Source: Candidatus Tenderia sp.
Lineage (GTDB): Bacteria; Pseudomonadota; Gammaproteobacteria; Tenderiales; Tenderiaceae
Direction of reading: 5' to 3'
Assembly: GCA_031416075.1 (NCBI GenBank)
Contig: JANOSY010000005.1
Location: forward strand, 32,912-96,911
DNA: 64,000 nt
This document shows positions 49,541 through 58,584 of the stretch, in pieces. Each line of letters starts with the position of its first letter. Position 1 is the stretch's first letter. A model generated the notes under the pieces. That model was not told the origin of the DNA. It did not search any database and worked only from the letters and a program-made list of their open reading frames with translations. The translations under genes were made by a program, and so were the position numbers.

Positions 49541-51220
49541 TTACTGATTAACAATCCTGATCTCTACCCGGCGATTTTCTGCACGCCCCTCTTTTGTCTC
49601 ATTGGAGGAGACCGGTTTTGCCTCACCAAAACCGCTGACGGTAATACGGCTTTCGTCTATAGAACCCACCTCTTTCAGAAACTTTGCCACTTTTTCAGCA
49701 CGCGCCTCTGATAGCTTCTGATTGGTGGCATCATTCCCTAAAGAGTCGGTGTGTCCCATCACTTCAATCTGCGAGTTCGGGAAAATCTTGATGGCCTCAA
49801 CAATTTTATTCATCAACGGAAAATTATCTGCCTGTATCTCACTCTGACCCGATGGAAATTGAAACCCATGGGCAGAGATCAGCACATTCTGCCGTTGACG
49901 ATAGACATTGGCCTCTTTGGCGGTAAAGAGTGCCTGTACTGTCTCAAACTTCTGCTGTTCTGCACGATCTTTCTCTGCCAGCTCTTTTTTCTGCTTTTCA
50001 GCTGCACTCATTTGCGCCTCAAACTCAAGACGAAGCCTCTCTTTTTCCGCCTCTTTATCAGACAGCTGTTTTGCCAGTTCAGATTCCCGCAGCCGTATCT
50101 GGTCAGCTGCCGCTCTATCACGCTCTGAGAGCTGCTTGGCCAACTCCGCATCACGGGCACTTAACATAGACTCACTGCTGGATCTCTGTTTTGCAATCGC
50201 CGCTTGATTGGCTGCTGTGAGTTCGGTAATTTTTGCCTCTGCCGATTTCACTTGGGTTTGCAACAGCTGCTCCGACTCCGTGGCTATCTTCAGCTTCTGC
50301 TCCAATGCCTCTTTTTCTGTGGCTATATTAGCCACCTTGTTTTTAAGATTGATCGCCGCTTTATCACTCGCCTCATTAAACGGCAGGGTTCCACCCAGTG
50401 GCTGATTAACAACTTCCAGCTGTCGCTGTTGCCACAGCACTATCTCTTCCATGGTGTAGTTGCGACGTGCAAAATCTTTGATTGTTTCAGTAATCGATGC
50501 GCTCCGTTCTGCCAGCCACTTTGCCTTGCCTGCATGCTGGTCCGCCCGCTCTGTTTGTGTACGGTCGGCATTTAAAATTGATACCGTCAGGGCGATCTCC
50601 TCTTCTGCCTGGAGAATGGTTTTGGGCGCATATTTTTCTGCACCCTGTTTTTTAGCATTGACGATGGCTGTTTTAGCCTTGTCGACGGTCCCCTGTTTTA
50701 ATGCAATCAACTCAAGCTGTGAGTAGTCGGCAATCAGTTTTGGACGCAACTGTTTGGCCTTTTCCAGATCCCCTTTTTCCACTAACGCTGCGGTTTTTTT
50801 CAGATCCTCGTCAAGGGCGCTTACTTTATCACCCTGCATGGTTTTAGCATCTGCGGCATAGGCACGATCACGGGCCTGCAGTACCTCCCCTAAAACATCA
50901 CGGCTGGTCTGTACATCCCTATTCAGGGTTTCCAATGTTTTCAGCCCTTCAGCGGCTTCTGTATTGGCAACCACTCCTCGGTCACCTAAAGCGGCTGCCA
51001 TTGCCTTTTTAAGTGACAGATTGGCCCTGATATACCCTTGAGGTGCCAATATTTCCGCGCCATCGTCCTTGGCCTGCTGTAGACCGGCCTCCAATAGCCC
51101 TACTTGCTGGTACTGGCTGACTGCTTGGTGATGTGTCAGCCTGGGTTGTGTCGCACAACCACTGATGGCTGCTGCCCCCACCACTAAACTTACGCAAAAC
51201 AGACCGGCTGTGATTTTCAT
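49541..51220 (-). CDS. lipoprotein with long helical/coiled-coil region and C-terminal OmpA-like peptidoglycan-binding domain
   Basis: Lipobox ISGC, GHTDSLG...NQKLSEARA...GRAENRRVEI; GGAAGGG RBS before ATG 51220. Confidence 0.88.
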   Translation of the reverse strand: MKITAGLFCVSLVVGAAAISGCATQPRLTHHQAVSQYQQVGLLEAGLQQAKDDGAEILAPQGYIRANLSLKKAMAAALGDRGVVANTEAAEGLKTLETLNRDVQTSRDVLGEVLQARDRAYAADAKTMQGDKVSALDEDLKKTAALVEKGDLEKAKQLRPKLIADYSQLELIALKQGTVDKAKTAIVNAKKQGAEKYAPKTILQAEEEIALTVSILNADRTQTERADQHAGKAKWLAERSASITETIKDFARRNYTMEEIVLWQQRQLEVVNQPLGGTLPFNEASDKAAINLKNKVANIATEKEALEQKLKIATESEQLLQTQVKSAEAKITELTAANQAAIAKQRSSSESMLSARDAELAKQLSERDRAAADQIRLRESELAKQLSDKEAEKERLRLEFEAQMSAAEKQKKELAEKDRAEQQKFETVQALFTAKEANVYRQRQNVLISAHGFQFPSGQSEIQADNFPLMNKIVEAIKIFPNSQIEVMGHTDSLGNDATNQKLSEARAEKVAKFLKEVGSIDESRITVSGFGEAKPVSSNETKEGRAENRRVEIRIVNQ

Positions 51221-51330
51221 GATTCCCTTCCTTGTATTAAACGTAATGGTACCAGGATTATTAGTCCTTACCGTGGATATAGTGAGGCGATGAACCTTTT
51301 GCAAGCAACCGCGGACGGTGATTAACGCCC

Positions 51331-51458
51331 TAGTGGTTCATGCGGTTAATTGTGTAACGAATTTTTTTCACGCTCAGCCGAAGCCAAAAGAGGTATGCGC
51401 ATTTACGCATCATATATAGAAACACTATTAATTACATAACTTTCCGCATGAACCACTA
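51331..51458. mobile_element. 128-bp MITE-like element (IS630/Tc1-type, TA ends)
   Basis: Perfect 15-bp inverted termini TAGTGGTTCATGCGG / CCGCATGAACCACTA, extending imperfectly to 27 bp; AT-rich core. Confidence 0.7.
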
Positions 51459-51487
51459 ACACCAAAAAACTCCGTCTCCACAGACCA

Positions 51488-52870
51488 CTAAGCCGCCAGC
51501 TGCCGCGCCATGGTTGTCAGGTTTTCATCCTGCGCCAACAGCTGCACCATCACTTTAATCACATCACTCTGCTCCATGCCAAGCACCTTCAATGCATCGT
51601 CTGGCATATCCTCGTAGACTGCCTCTCCGGAGGCGTGCACCCGCAACAGATAGTCACTCAGGCGTGCCATCTGTATGTATACAGCGTATGGACCGTGATA
51701 CTTGTCAGTATGGTGTTCACGGGTAGCCACCACCACCTCATCAGGCAGCTTCCACGCCTTAAGCAGCCAGTGGCCCAGCTGTGTATGATCAAGCCCCAGA
51801 TAGTCACGTTCGATAGTCATGCGCTCTTCTGCGCTGTTAGTGTCACTAATCTTCTCACTCAGTCCCAGAAACTCATCGCGGAAAAACTGCCCTAATACCA
51901 GATAACCAAAATCGTGTAACAGTCCGATGAGGTAACAGGTCGAGGGGCGCGGCTGATTGCCTCTCGGCATCGCCTTGCAGAGCATCTGCATCAGATTGGC
52001 ACTGAAGATGGCGTGTTTCCAGAACGCATCCAGCCCCAACGGGCCGTGACGCGGAATCTTAAACGAGTCGAGCAGCGCCAGCCCCATGGCCAGATTCATC
52101 ACCATGTCAAAACCCAACACTCGGACAATCGCCACATGCAGGGAGTCCACATCCCCCCGATAACCAAAATAGGGGGAGTTGGCGTAACGCAATACCTGCG
52201 CTGTCAGGCTGGGGTCCAGCCCTACCACCTCAACCAGTGCATCGGCACTCGCCTCGGGATTGGCGCGCAAGGCAAACAGCCGCTGCGCCATCTCCGGCAT
52301 CGGTGGCAGCTCGGTGATCTGCTCCACCCGCTGGCGGATATAGTGACTCTGATCCAGCGCCTCCGTCGTCCCGCCCTGTACGCTGGTCAATCTTGGCTCC
52401 ATGGAGGTAGTGAAATCGGTACCGAGCCAGGCGTTGATCTGCATCAACATAAAATCCTTACGCCGTAACTGAATCAGTCGACCATGGCTGCCCGCCACGA
52501 TGCAGACCTGATCGGGGGTTGGCAGACTGGCATCAATAATCGTGCGAATGTTATACGGCTCGCCCAGCGGTGGGATCAACCCCGGCTCGCAGTCGGTAAA
52601 TACCGATGACAACTGAGTCTGGAACGCCGGTTCAACCGTACGGTGTAACAGGGCAGAGAGTCGCTGAAAATCGAGCTTGTGGCTGGCGGGCAGAATCGCC
52701 ATTAACAGACCAAAGGAGTCGCGCAGTACCACCGGGTAATAGAGTGCCCGTGCATCAATCCCCGCCAACCTCGCCGCCTCCAGGGGTGAGCCAAAATGGC
52801 CCACCTCCAGCACGGTATATATTACATGTTTGTCATCCAGATATTGCTTAACAGTTTTTGCGATAGACAT
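51488..52870 (-). CDS. YbaK-like + HDOD domain protein (SadB-like)
   Basis: N-terminal YbaK fold (DCEPGLIPPLG), HDOD (LPPMP, DPSLTAQVLRYANS, GLLHDFG, W.LP, EHH). Confidence 0.85.
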   Translation of the reverse strand: MSIAKTVKQYLDDKHVIYTVLEVGHFGSPLEAARLAGIDARALYYPVVLRDSFGLLMAILPASHKLDFQRLSALLHRTVEPAFQTQLSSVFTDCEPGLIPPLGEPYNIRTIIDASLPTPDQVCIVAGSHGRLIQLRRKDFMLMQINAWLGTDFTTSMEPRLTSVQGGTTEALDQSHYIRQRVEQITELPPMPEMAQRLFALRANPEASADALVEVVGLDPSLTAQVLRYANSPYFGYRGDVDSLHVAIVRVLGFDMVMNLAMGLALLDSFKIPRHGPLGLDAFWKHAIFSANLMQMLCKAMPRGNQPRPSTCYLIGLLHDFGYLVLGQFFRDEFLGLSEKISDTNSAEERMTIERDYLGLDHTQLGHWLLKAWKLPDEVVVATREHHTDKYHGPYAVYIQMARLSDYLLRVHASGEAVYEDMPDDALKVLGMEQSDVIKVMVQLLAQDENLTTMARQLAA

Positions 52871-53130
52871 ATTGGCTCGGCCTTATATTCCCCTTTATCG
52901 CCGCAGGCAACTCCATTTGCGGCCCCACTGTCACAGTGATTCCACCACACGGCACCCTCCAGGATCACGCCTTATCTGGCACGTACCCTGGCAACAGCTG
53001 GCCACCGGAGTGTTAAAGTCACGATAATCTTTTGTTTAACAAGAGAATGTATCGTGTAGAGACGAGAAACCTTTAGTACCTTCCAATATCACGCCGAAGC
53101 GGTCACGGCAGGTACCGTGGCCAATCCGAA

Positions 53131-54306
53131 TCAACCCTGTACTGGTGCGGCACACACCTCAGCCAGCTCTTCATACTCCGGGACAGGGCCATGGCCACCA
53201 CAATGGGTACAGGCAGGATCACGTTTAATCTTAAACTCATCAAACGTGGTTCGCAGGGCATCGTAATAAAGCATCTTGCCCAGCAGCGGTGAGCCGATCT
53301 TCAGCAGCAGCTTCAACACCTCAACCGCCTGTAGCAGCCCCATCACCCCTGGCAACACCCCCAACACACCAATTTCAGAGCAGGAGGGGGCGGAGCCAGG
53401 AGGTGGCATGGTCGGGAACATACAACGGTAGCAGCCACTGGGGTTCTCTGGATGGTCGGGCCAGAACACCGTCAACTGCCCTTCAAACCGATACACCGCC
53501 GCATGAACATTGGGTTTGCCCAGTTTGACGCAGGCGTCGTTCACCAGATAACGGGTGGGCAGATTATCGGTACCATCCACAATCACATCATAGGCGGCAA
53601 ATATCTCCTCAACGTTGCTAGCGTCCAGACGGGTCTCATAGGCGACCACCTTGACCGCTGAGTTGAGCTGTTCGATCGATTCACGGGCCGAAGCGACCTT
53701 GGCGGTGCCCACCCGTGCTTCGGTGTGAATAATCTGGCGCTGCAGGTTGCTGCGATCGACAACGTCATGATCCACCAGACCAATGGTGCCCACACCGGCC
53801 GCCGCCAGATAGAGCGCCGACGGCGAACCCAAACCACCCGCGCCAATCAGCAGTACCTTGCTCCCTTTCAGTTTAAGCTGTCCCTCGACCCCCACCTCTG
53901 GCAATAGCAGATGGCGGGAGTAACGCTCCCTCTCCTCGGCGTTTAATACCTGCGGAACCTCAAATTTAAGTCCCTGGTTTTTCCAGCGGTTAAAACCACC
54001 GGCAAGGGAGTGGACTTCGCTGTAACCCAGCTTCTGCAGGGCGTCCGCCGCAAACAGGGAGCGCACCCCGCCCGCACACATCACCACCAGTGGCCGGCTT
54101 TTATCTGGCACCGCGTCCTCAATCCGCAACTCCAAAAAACCCCGGCCAATACGCAGTGATCCGGCGGGGGTGCCGTTGGCAATCTCATCCGGCTCCCGCA
54201 CGTCCACCAGCAGGCCACCATGGGTCAATAGCTGCTGCGCCGCTGCCGGCTCCAGCTCTGGAACGTGCGCTTTCAACTCCTCCAGACGACGGTCCATACT
54301 TTTCAT
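53131..54306 (-). CDS. moeB: rhodanese-MoeB/ThiF fusion (sulfur-carrier adenylyltransferase)
   Basis: Rhodanese loop CAGGVRS; RYSRH, GAGGLGSP, SNLQRQ, CYRC...CTHC, PSC. Confidence 0.9.
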   Translation of the reverse strand: MKSMDRRLEELKAHVPELEPAAAQQLLTHGGLLVDVREPDEIANGTPAGSLRIGRGFLELRIEDAVPDKSRPLVVMCAGGVRSLFAADALQKLGYSEVHSLAGGFNRWKNQGLKFEVPQVLNAEERERYSRHLLLPEVGVEGQLKLKGSKVLLIGAGGLGSPSALYLAAAGVGTIGLVDHDVVDRSNLQRQIIHTEARVGTAKVASARESIEQLNSAVKVVAYETRLDASNVEEIFAAYDVIVDGTDNLPTRYLVNDACVKLGKPNVHAAVYRFEGQLTVFWPDHPENPSGCYRCMFPTMPPPGSAPSCSEIGVLGVLPGVMGLLQAVEVLKLLLKIGSPLLGKMLYYDALRTTFDEFKIKRDPACTHCGGHGPVPEYEELAEVCAAPVQG

Positions 54307-54411
54307 ATCATCACTCCTAACTCTTTTGTCTGATCCATCAGGTTATCTGCTCCCGTTGCCCAATTATGTAGCCCCCTATTGTGCCCCCATTACCGGGTAA
54401 CGGCCATGGGG

Positions 54412-55356
54412 CTATTTTTTGACCGGTGTATTCACTGTTGGTGACTGGGCACAACGGAATCCCAAATCGATAAAGGTGTACTCAGGCCTCAGGTTAAAGC
54501 GGTACGCGGTACGGTAGAAATGATTGATCACATAGTGACCCAGCCCCCCCCAGCCGCCGCCACGCACGACCTTCATCTTCTCACCAAAATCGTCACTTTT
54601 ATATTGGCTGCCGGGATAGGGTTGATACCAGTCATCCACCCACTCCATGACGTTGCCCGCCATATCCTCTACGCCGTAGGGCGACACCCCCTTGGGATAG
54701 GAGCCAACAGGGGCGACGCCCTGTGGCCACCCGGCACCACTGCCGTCATTCAGACGGCTCTGATCCCACTGATTACCCCACGGATACTCGTTGCCTTTGC
54801 TGCCACGGGCGGCCTTCTCCCACTCAATCTCTGTGGGCAAACGTTTGCCCCGGTTTTTGCAGTAGTCACGGGCCTGGGTCCAGGTAACACCGGTCACCGG
54901 CAGGCGATCAAACTGGGCCTGATGGACGACCAGTGCTTCGAGCAACGGTTCGTACTCCATGGTGCTGACGTCAATATCAAGCTTGAAGGTGGTGGTGGCC
55001 AACCGCCGCAGCGTTGGCAGGTCCGCAAAGGTCAGCACATTCCGCGATAGCAGATAGCCATTCTCCTTCCAGCCTTGCGGTATCCAATAGTTGTTAGCCA
55101 CAACAAAGTCACGAAACTGGCTGTTGGTCACCTCAAACCTGTCGATCCAGAACGCTGGCACGGTCACACTGCGCTGCGGTGCTTCATCCTGATACCACGG
55201 TTTGCTGGAGCCAAACTCCTGCGCCTTACCCTCGGTATCCTTCAGGTTGCTGCCCATAACAAACGGCCCGGCGGGGATCACAACCATCTCCTTGGGGGCC
55301 GCGACCACGCTGCTGATGCTGGCCATTACCACCACTATCGATACAAACCTCTTCAT
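54412..55356 (-). CDS. exported SUMF1/EgtB/PvdO (FGE-sulfatase fold) protein
   Basis: Signal peptide, F.MGS, RLPTE.EWEKAARG, DMAGNV.EW, RGG, GFRCA. Confidence 0.9.
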   Translation of the reverse strand: MKRFVSIVVVMASISSVVAAPKEMVVIPAGPFVMGSNLKDTEGKAQEFGSSKPWYQDEAPQRSVTVPAFWIDRFEVTNSQFRDFVVANNYWIPQGWKENGYLLSRNVLTFADLPTLRRLATTTFKLDIDVSTMEYEPLLEALVVHQAQFDRLPVTGVTWTQARDYCKNRGKRLPTEIEWEKAARGSKGNEYPWGNQWDQSRLNDGSGAGWPQGVAPVGSYPKGVSPYGVEDMAGNVMEWVDDWYQPYPGSQYKSDDFGEKMKVVRGGGWGGLGHYVINHFYRTAYRFNLRPEYTFIDLGFRCAQSPTVNTPVKK

Positions 55357-55383
55357 GCACACCTTCCTGCCATTCAACTGCTG

Positions 55384-55812
55384 TTAGGGTTTTTTAAGCG
55401 CCCGCTCCAGCGCCGCAACGGCCTGTAACTCCTCAATGGAGTAATACTCTGCCGGGTCCATCGGCACCTGGGCGTTACGGTGTGGCAGCAGCAGCAGCTC
55501 GGCCATGTCGACGTACGTTTGATTGCCCTTGTCCAGCGGCTGGCTGGCCAGCTGCTTCAATGTGGCGCTATAGTCATACCCCGCCTCGGCAAAGACCTGT
55601 TCCAGAAATTTCTTGCGCCCATCACCCGGCAAGCTGGCCGGACTGACCGCCAGCTTGGTATCGGAGAGTTTTTCCCATGCACTTGCCAGCTTTTCCAGCA
55701 CTGCATTATCACCCAGTGGCGCGGCTACCGGGGTTGCGGGTTTGCTGTTACAACCACTCAACAGCGCCACTGCACACAACAGCACCCCCATACCCATTAA
55801 TTTTTTAATCAC
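55384..55812 (-). CDS. hypothetical lipoprotein
   Basis: Lipobox LSGC; GTG start with AGAGG RBS. Confidence 0.75.
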   Translation of the reverse strand: MIKKLMGMGVLLCAVALLSGCNSKPATPVAAPLGDNAVLEKLASAWEKLSDTKLAVSPASLPGDGRKKFLEQVFAEAGYDYSATLKQLASQPLDKGNQTYVDMAELLLLPHRNAQVPMDPAEYYSIEELQAVAALERALKKP

Positions 55813-55840
55813 GTTAATATGCCTCTTGTTACAAATTTTG

Positions 55841-56404
55841 TTATTGACGTACGGCGGTATCGTTCATCCAGCGGCTGATCAAATTGGCCAGATCGACATG
55901 CCCTTCGTTCTGCGCCACCATGCGTGGTGTCCAGCCATCCCCGGTTTTGGCATTCAGATCGGCCCCGGCATCAATCAGCAGACGCATGATATCGCCATTC
56001 CCCTGCTGTGCGGCCCAGTGCAGCGCACTCCACTTGCCGTTATCCACATGATGCACATCAGCACCGTGGGCCAACAAAATTTTGACCACCTCGGTATGCC
56101 CCTTCATGGCGGCCCGCAACAGCGGCGACCAGCTGGTATCATCCACCGCGTTGACGTTGGCACCGTTATTCAGCAGCAGTGCCACCATCTCAGCGTTGCC
56201 GATACGGGCGGCATGGGTCAGCGCCGTCCAGCCAAAGCTGTTGCGCCCCTCAATGTCACTGCCTTTGGCCAGCTCCGCAGTCACCCCTTTGGGGTCATCC
56301 GCCACCACCTGTTCCATCAGCGCTGTATTGTTGTCACAGGCGACCAATACCCCGACCATGCAGAGGACTACCACCTCTTTAAAAAATCGCACCATATTCT
56401 CCAC
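55841..56404 (-). CDS. ankyrin-repeat lipoprotein
   Basis: Lipobox LVAC; repeats GWTAL.HAA, SWSPLLRAA, KWSALHWAA, GWTP. Confidence 0.88.
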   Translation of the reverse strand: MENMVRFFKEVVVLCMVGVLVACDNNTALMEQVVADDPKGVTAELAKGSDIEGRNSFGWTALTHAARIGNAEMVALLLNNGANVNAVDDTSWSPLLRAAMKGHTEVVKILLAHGADVHHVDNGKWSALHWAAQQGNGDIMRLLIDAGADLNAKTGDGWTPRMVAQNEGHVDLANLISRWMNDTAVRQ

Positions 56405-56510
56405 CCCTTCACGTTCAGAGCAGCCATTCTACCCGACACTCTCAACCATGCTAAGCCAAGAGTTCATGGTGCTATACTTTCTCACCCTATTTTTCCAGAG
56501 AGTCCTGTTC

Positions 56511-56813
56511 ATGCACCGATTCAAATGTCCAAGTTGCCAGGAAGAGAGCATTTCAATCAAGGATAAGTTCCGCCTCGGCTGGTGGCTCACCACCCGCTGT
56601 GGCCAGTGCGAGACACGGGTAGCCGCCTTCCCCTGGACACTCATGCTGCTATTCTTCCTCCATACCTGGAATGTCATCTGGTGGTTTGGACTCTATCACT
56701 TTGAGGGCGGCGGACAGTATCTCCTGTATATGGGGATTGGCTGGGTGCTGATTGAACTAATCAACCTCTTTTTTATGCCGCTCTGCAGCCTGCGGCGCAA
56801 GACCGAATCCTGA
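56511..56813 (+). CDS. small membrane protein with N-terminal CxxC...CxxC zinc ribbon
   Basis: MHRFKCPSC...RCGQC followed by two hydrophobic helices; 3' end of the 56082 track ORF; 4 nt before pfkB. Confidence 0.7.
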   Translation: MHRFKCPSCQEESISIKDKFRLGWWLTTRCGQCETRVAAFPWTLMLLFFLHTWNVIWWFGLYHFEGGGQYLLYMGIGWVLIELINLFFMPLCSLRRKTES

Positions 56814-56817
56814 AAAC

Positions 56818-57699
56818 ATGGCACGTATCCTGGCGATAGGCATTGCCACCCTTGATATTATTAATAGTGTCAGCCGCTATCCAGACGAAGATGACGAAGT
56901 TCGTGCGGTCAGCCAGCGCCTCTGTCGTGGCGGCAACGCCACCAATACCCTCGTGGTGCTCAGCCAGCTCGGCCACACCTGCCACTGGGGCGGGGTACTG
57001 GCCGACGAACCGGATGCCAACCACATCGAGGCCGACCTGCTGCGCCACGCCATCAATACCGATGCGGTCACCCGGTTGAACCAGGGCAAAGTCCCCACCT
57101 CCTACATCACCCACAACCTGGCCAACGGCTCACGCACCATCGTCCACCACCGCGACCTGCCCGAGTATCGCTTTGCCGCCTTCCGGGAGATTGACCTGGG
57201 TCCGTTTGACTGGCTCCATGTTGAAGGGCGCAACGTTGCCGAGACGCTACAGATGCTGCTCTGGGCGCGGGCACAGTACCCGGCACTCCCCATCTCCATC
57301 GAGATCGAAAAAGAGCGCCCCGATATCCAGCAGCTCTTTGCCCACGCCAACCTGCTGCTCTTCTCCAAACCCTTTGCCCTGGGCCGAGGCCACCACCACG
57401 CCACCGGACTGCTGGATGCCATGCGCCCACTCGCCCCCCAGGCGGCGCTTGTCTGCACCTGGGGCGCTGCGGGGGCGTGGGCTATCGACCGCCGCGGTCA
57501 AGAGGAGTACTCAACCAGCATCGCCCCCCCACAGGTGGTGGATACCCTGGGCGCGGGTGATACCTTCAACGCTGCCATGATCGATAGCCAGATCAGCGGC
57601 CTGTCGCTGGGGGCCAGCCTCACAGCCGCCTGCCACCTCGCCGGGCGCAAATGCGGCCACCAGGGGCTCGACTTCATTCTTAAAGGAACTGTCTCATGA
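56818..57699 (+). CDS. PfkB family kinase, ketohexokinase-like
   Basis: GGNATN, GSRTIVH, WLHVEGRN, VDTLGAGDTFNA. Confidence 0.9.
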   Translation: MARILAIGIATLDIINSVSRYPDEDDEVRAVSQRLCRGGNATNTLVVLSQLGHTCHWGGVLADEPDANHIEADLLRHAINTDAVTRLNQGKVPTSYITHNLANGSRTIVHHRDLPEYRFAAFREIDLGPFDWLHVEGRNVAETLQMLLWARAQYPALPISIEIEKERPDIQQLFAHANLLLFSKPFALGRGHHHATGLLDAMRPLAPQAALVCTWGAAGAWAIDRRGQEEYSTSIAPPQVVDTLGAGDTFNAAMIDSQISGLSLGASLTAACHLAGRKCGHQGLDFILKGTVS

Positions 57700-58064
57700 T
57701 TGTCATTTACGACCGCAAAGGGTTTGACGCCCTGTTAACACTGGAAGGCAACAGCCTCAAAGGGGCCAATCTTGGCAGCGCCAACCTGCACAACGCCAAT
57801 CTGGTGGAGTACAACCTTAGCGGTGCCAACTTGAACGGCGCTATCCTCACCAGCGCTGATCTACGTCTTGCCGACTTTAGCGATGCCGACTTAACCAATG
57901 CCGACCTGAGCGACGCCGACCTGACCGGCTGCTGCCTGGAGGGTGCAAAACTGACGGGGGTCAAGATTGTCGGAACCAAACTGGGGCTAGAGCACCACAC
58001 AGCGCTGCGGGCGGCGGGGATCAAACTGGCGGGATTGGCGCTGGAGTTGTCGGTAAAAGGATAA
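57696..58064 (+). CDS. pentapeptide repeat protein
   Basis: Tandem A(D/N)Lxx repeats. Confidence 0.88.
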   Translation: MIVIYDRKGFDALLTLEGNSLKGANLGSANLHNANLVEYNLSGANLNGAILTSADLRLADFSDADLTNADLSDADLTGCCLEGAKLTGVKIVGTKLGLEHHTALRAAGIKLAGLALELSVKG

Positions 58065-58070
58065 GGATCG

Positions 58071-58553
58071 ATGCGCCGCCTGCTCTTATGTGTGCTCTTT
58101 TATTACCAATGTGGTGCGCTAGCGGCACCGATGGTTGAACAGGTGCGCGTACTCAAATCAGCACACCAGTTACAACTCATCACCGCAGGCAAGGTATCTC
58201 ATACATTCAAAATAGCACTGGGCAGCCAACCCATCGGCCACAAACAGCAAGAGGGTGATGGCAAAACACCGGAAGGGCACTACATTCTCGATTACAAAAA
58301 AGTGGATAGTGCTTACTACCGCGCCATCCACATCTCCTATCCCAATGACAACGACCGCGCCGCTGCCAACGCCCGTGGCGTATCTCCAGGGGGGCTGATC
58401 ATGATTCACGGGCAGAAAAACGGGCTCGGCTGGCTCTCACCACTCAGCCAACGTATTGACTGGACCGAGGGTTGTATCGCACTCAGTAACAGCGACATGG
58501 AAACTCTGTGGAATCTGGTTGAAGCGGGCACAAAGATCGAGATACTGCCCTAA
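58071..58553 (+). CDS. L,D-transpeptidase (YkuD) family protein
   Basis: EGDGKTPEG, ISYPN, IMIHG...WTEGCI. Confidence 0.92.
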   Translation: MRRLLLCVLFYYQCGALAAPMVEQVRVLKSAHQLQLITAGKVSHTFKIALGSQPIGHKQQEGDGKTPEGHYILDYKKVDSAYYRAIHISYPNDNDRAAANARGVSPGGLIMIHGQKNGLGWLSPLSQRIDWTEGCIALSNSDMETLWNLVEAGTKIEILP

Positions 58554-58584
58554 CTCACCAGACCGGCGCATTGAAGTGTTGCGT

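Noticed and set aside
52895-52921. sigma28-like GGCGATAA upstream of the SadB-like gene
   Set aside because: No properly spaced TAAA -35 element
52977-52993. sigma54-like TGGCACGTACCCTGGC
   Set aside because: GG-to-GC spacing is off by one and no gene lies downstream on that strand
54412-54560. FGE/CLec-fold C-terminus as a DGR variable region
   Set aside because: No template repeat or reverse transcriptase seen in the window
56082-56510. N-terminal extension of the 243-aa track ORF
   Set aside because: Overlaps the ankyrin gene antisense; only 56511-56813 looks coding
57696-58064. Pentapeptide protein as a Qnr quinolone-resistance gene
   Set aside because: Only 122 aa with generic repeats; much shorter than Qnr proteins
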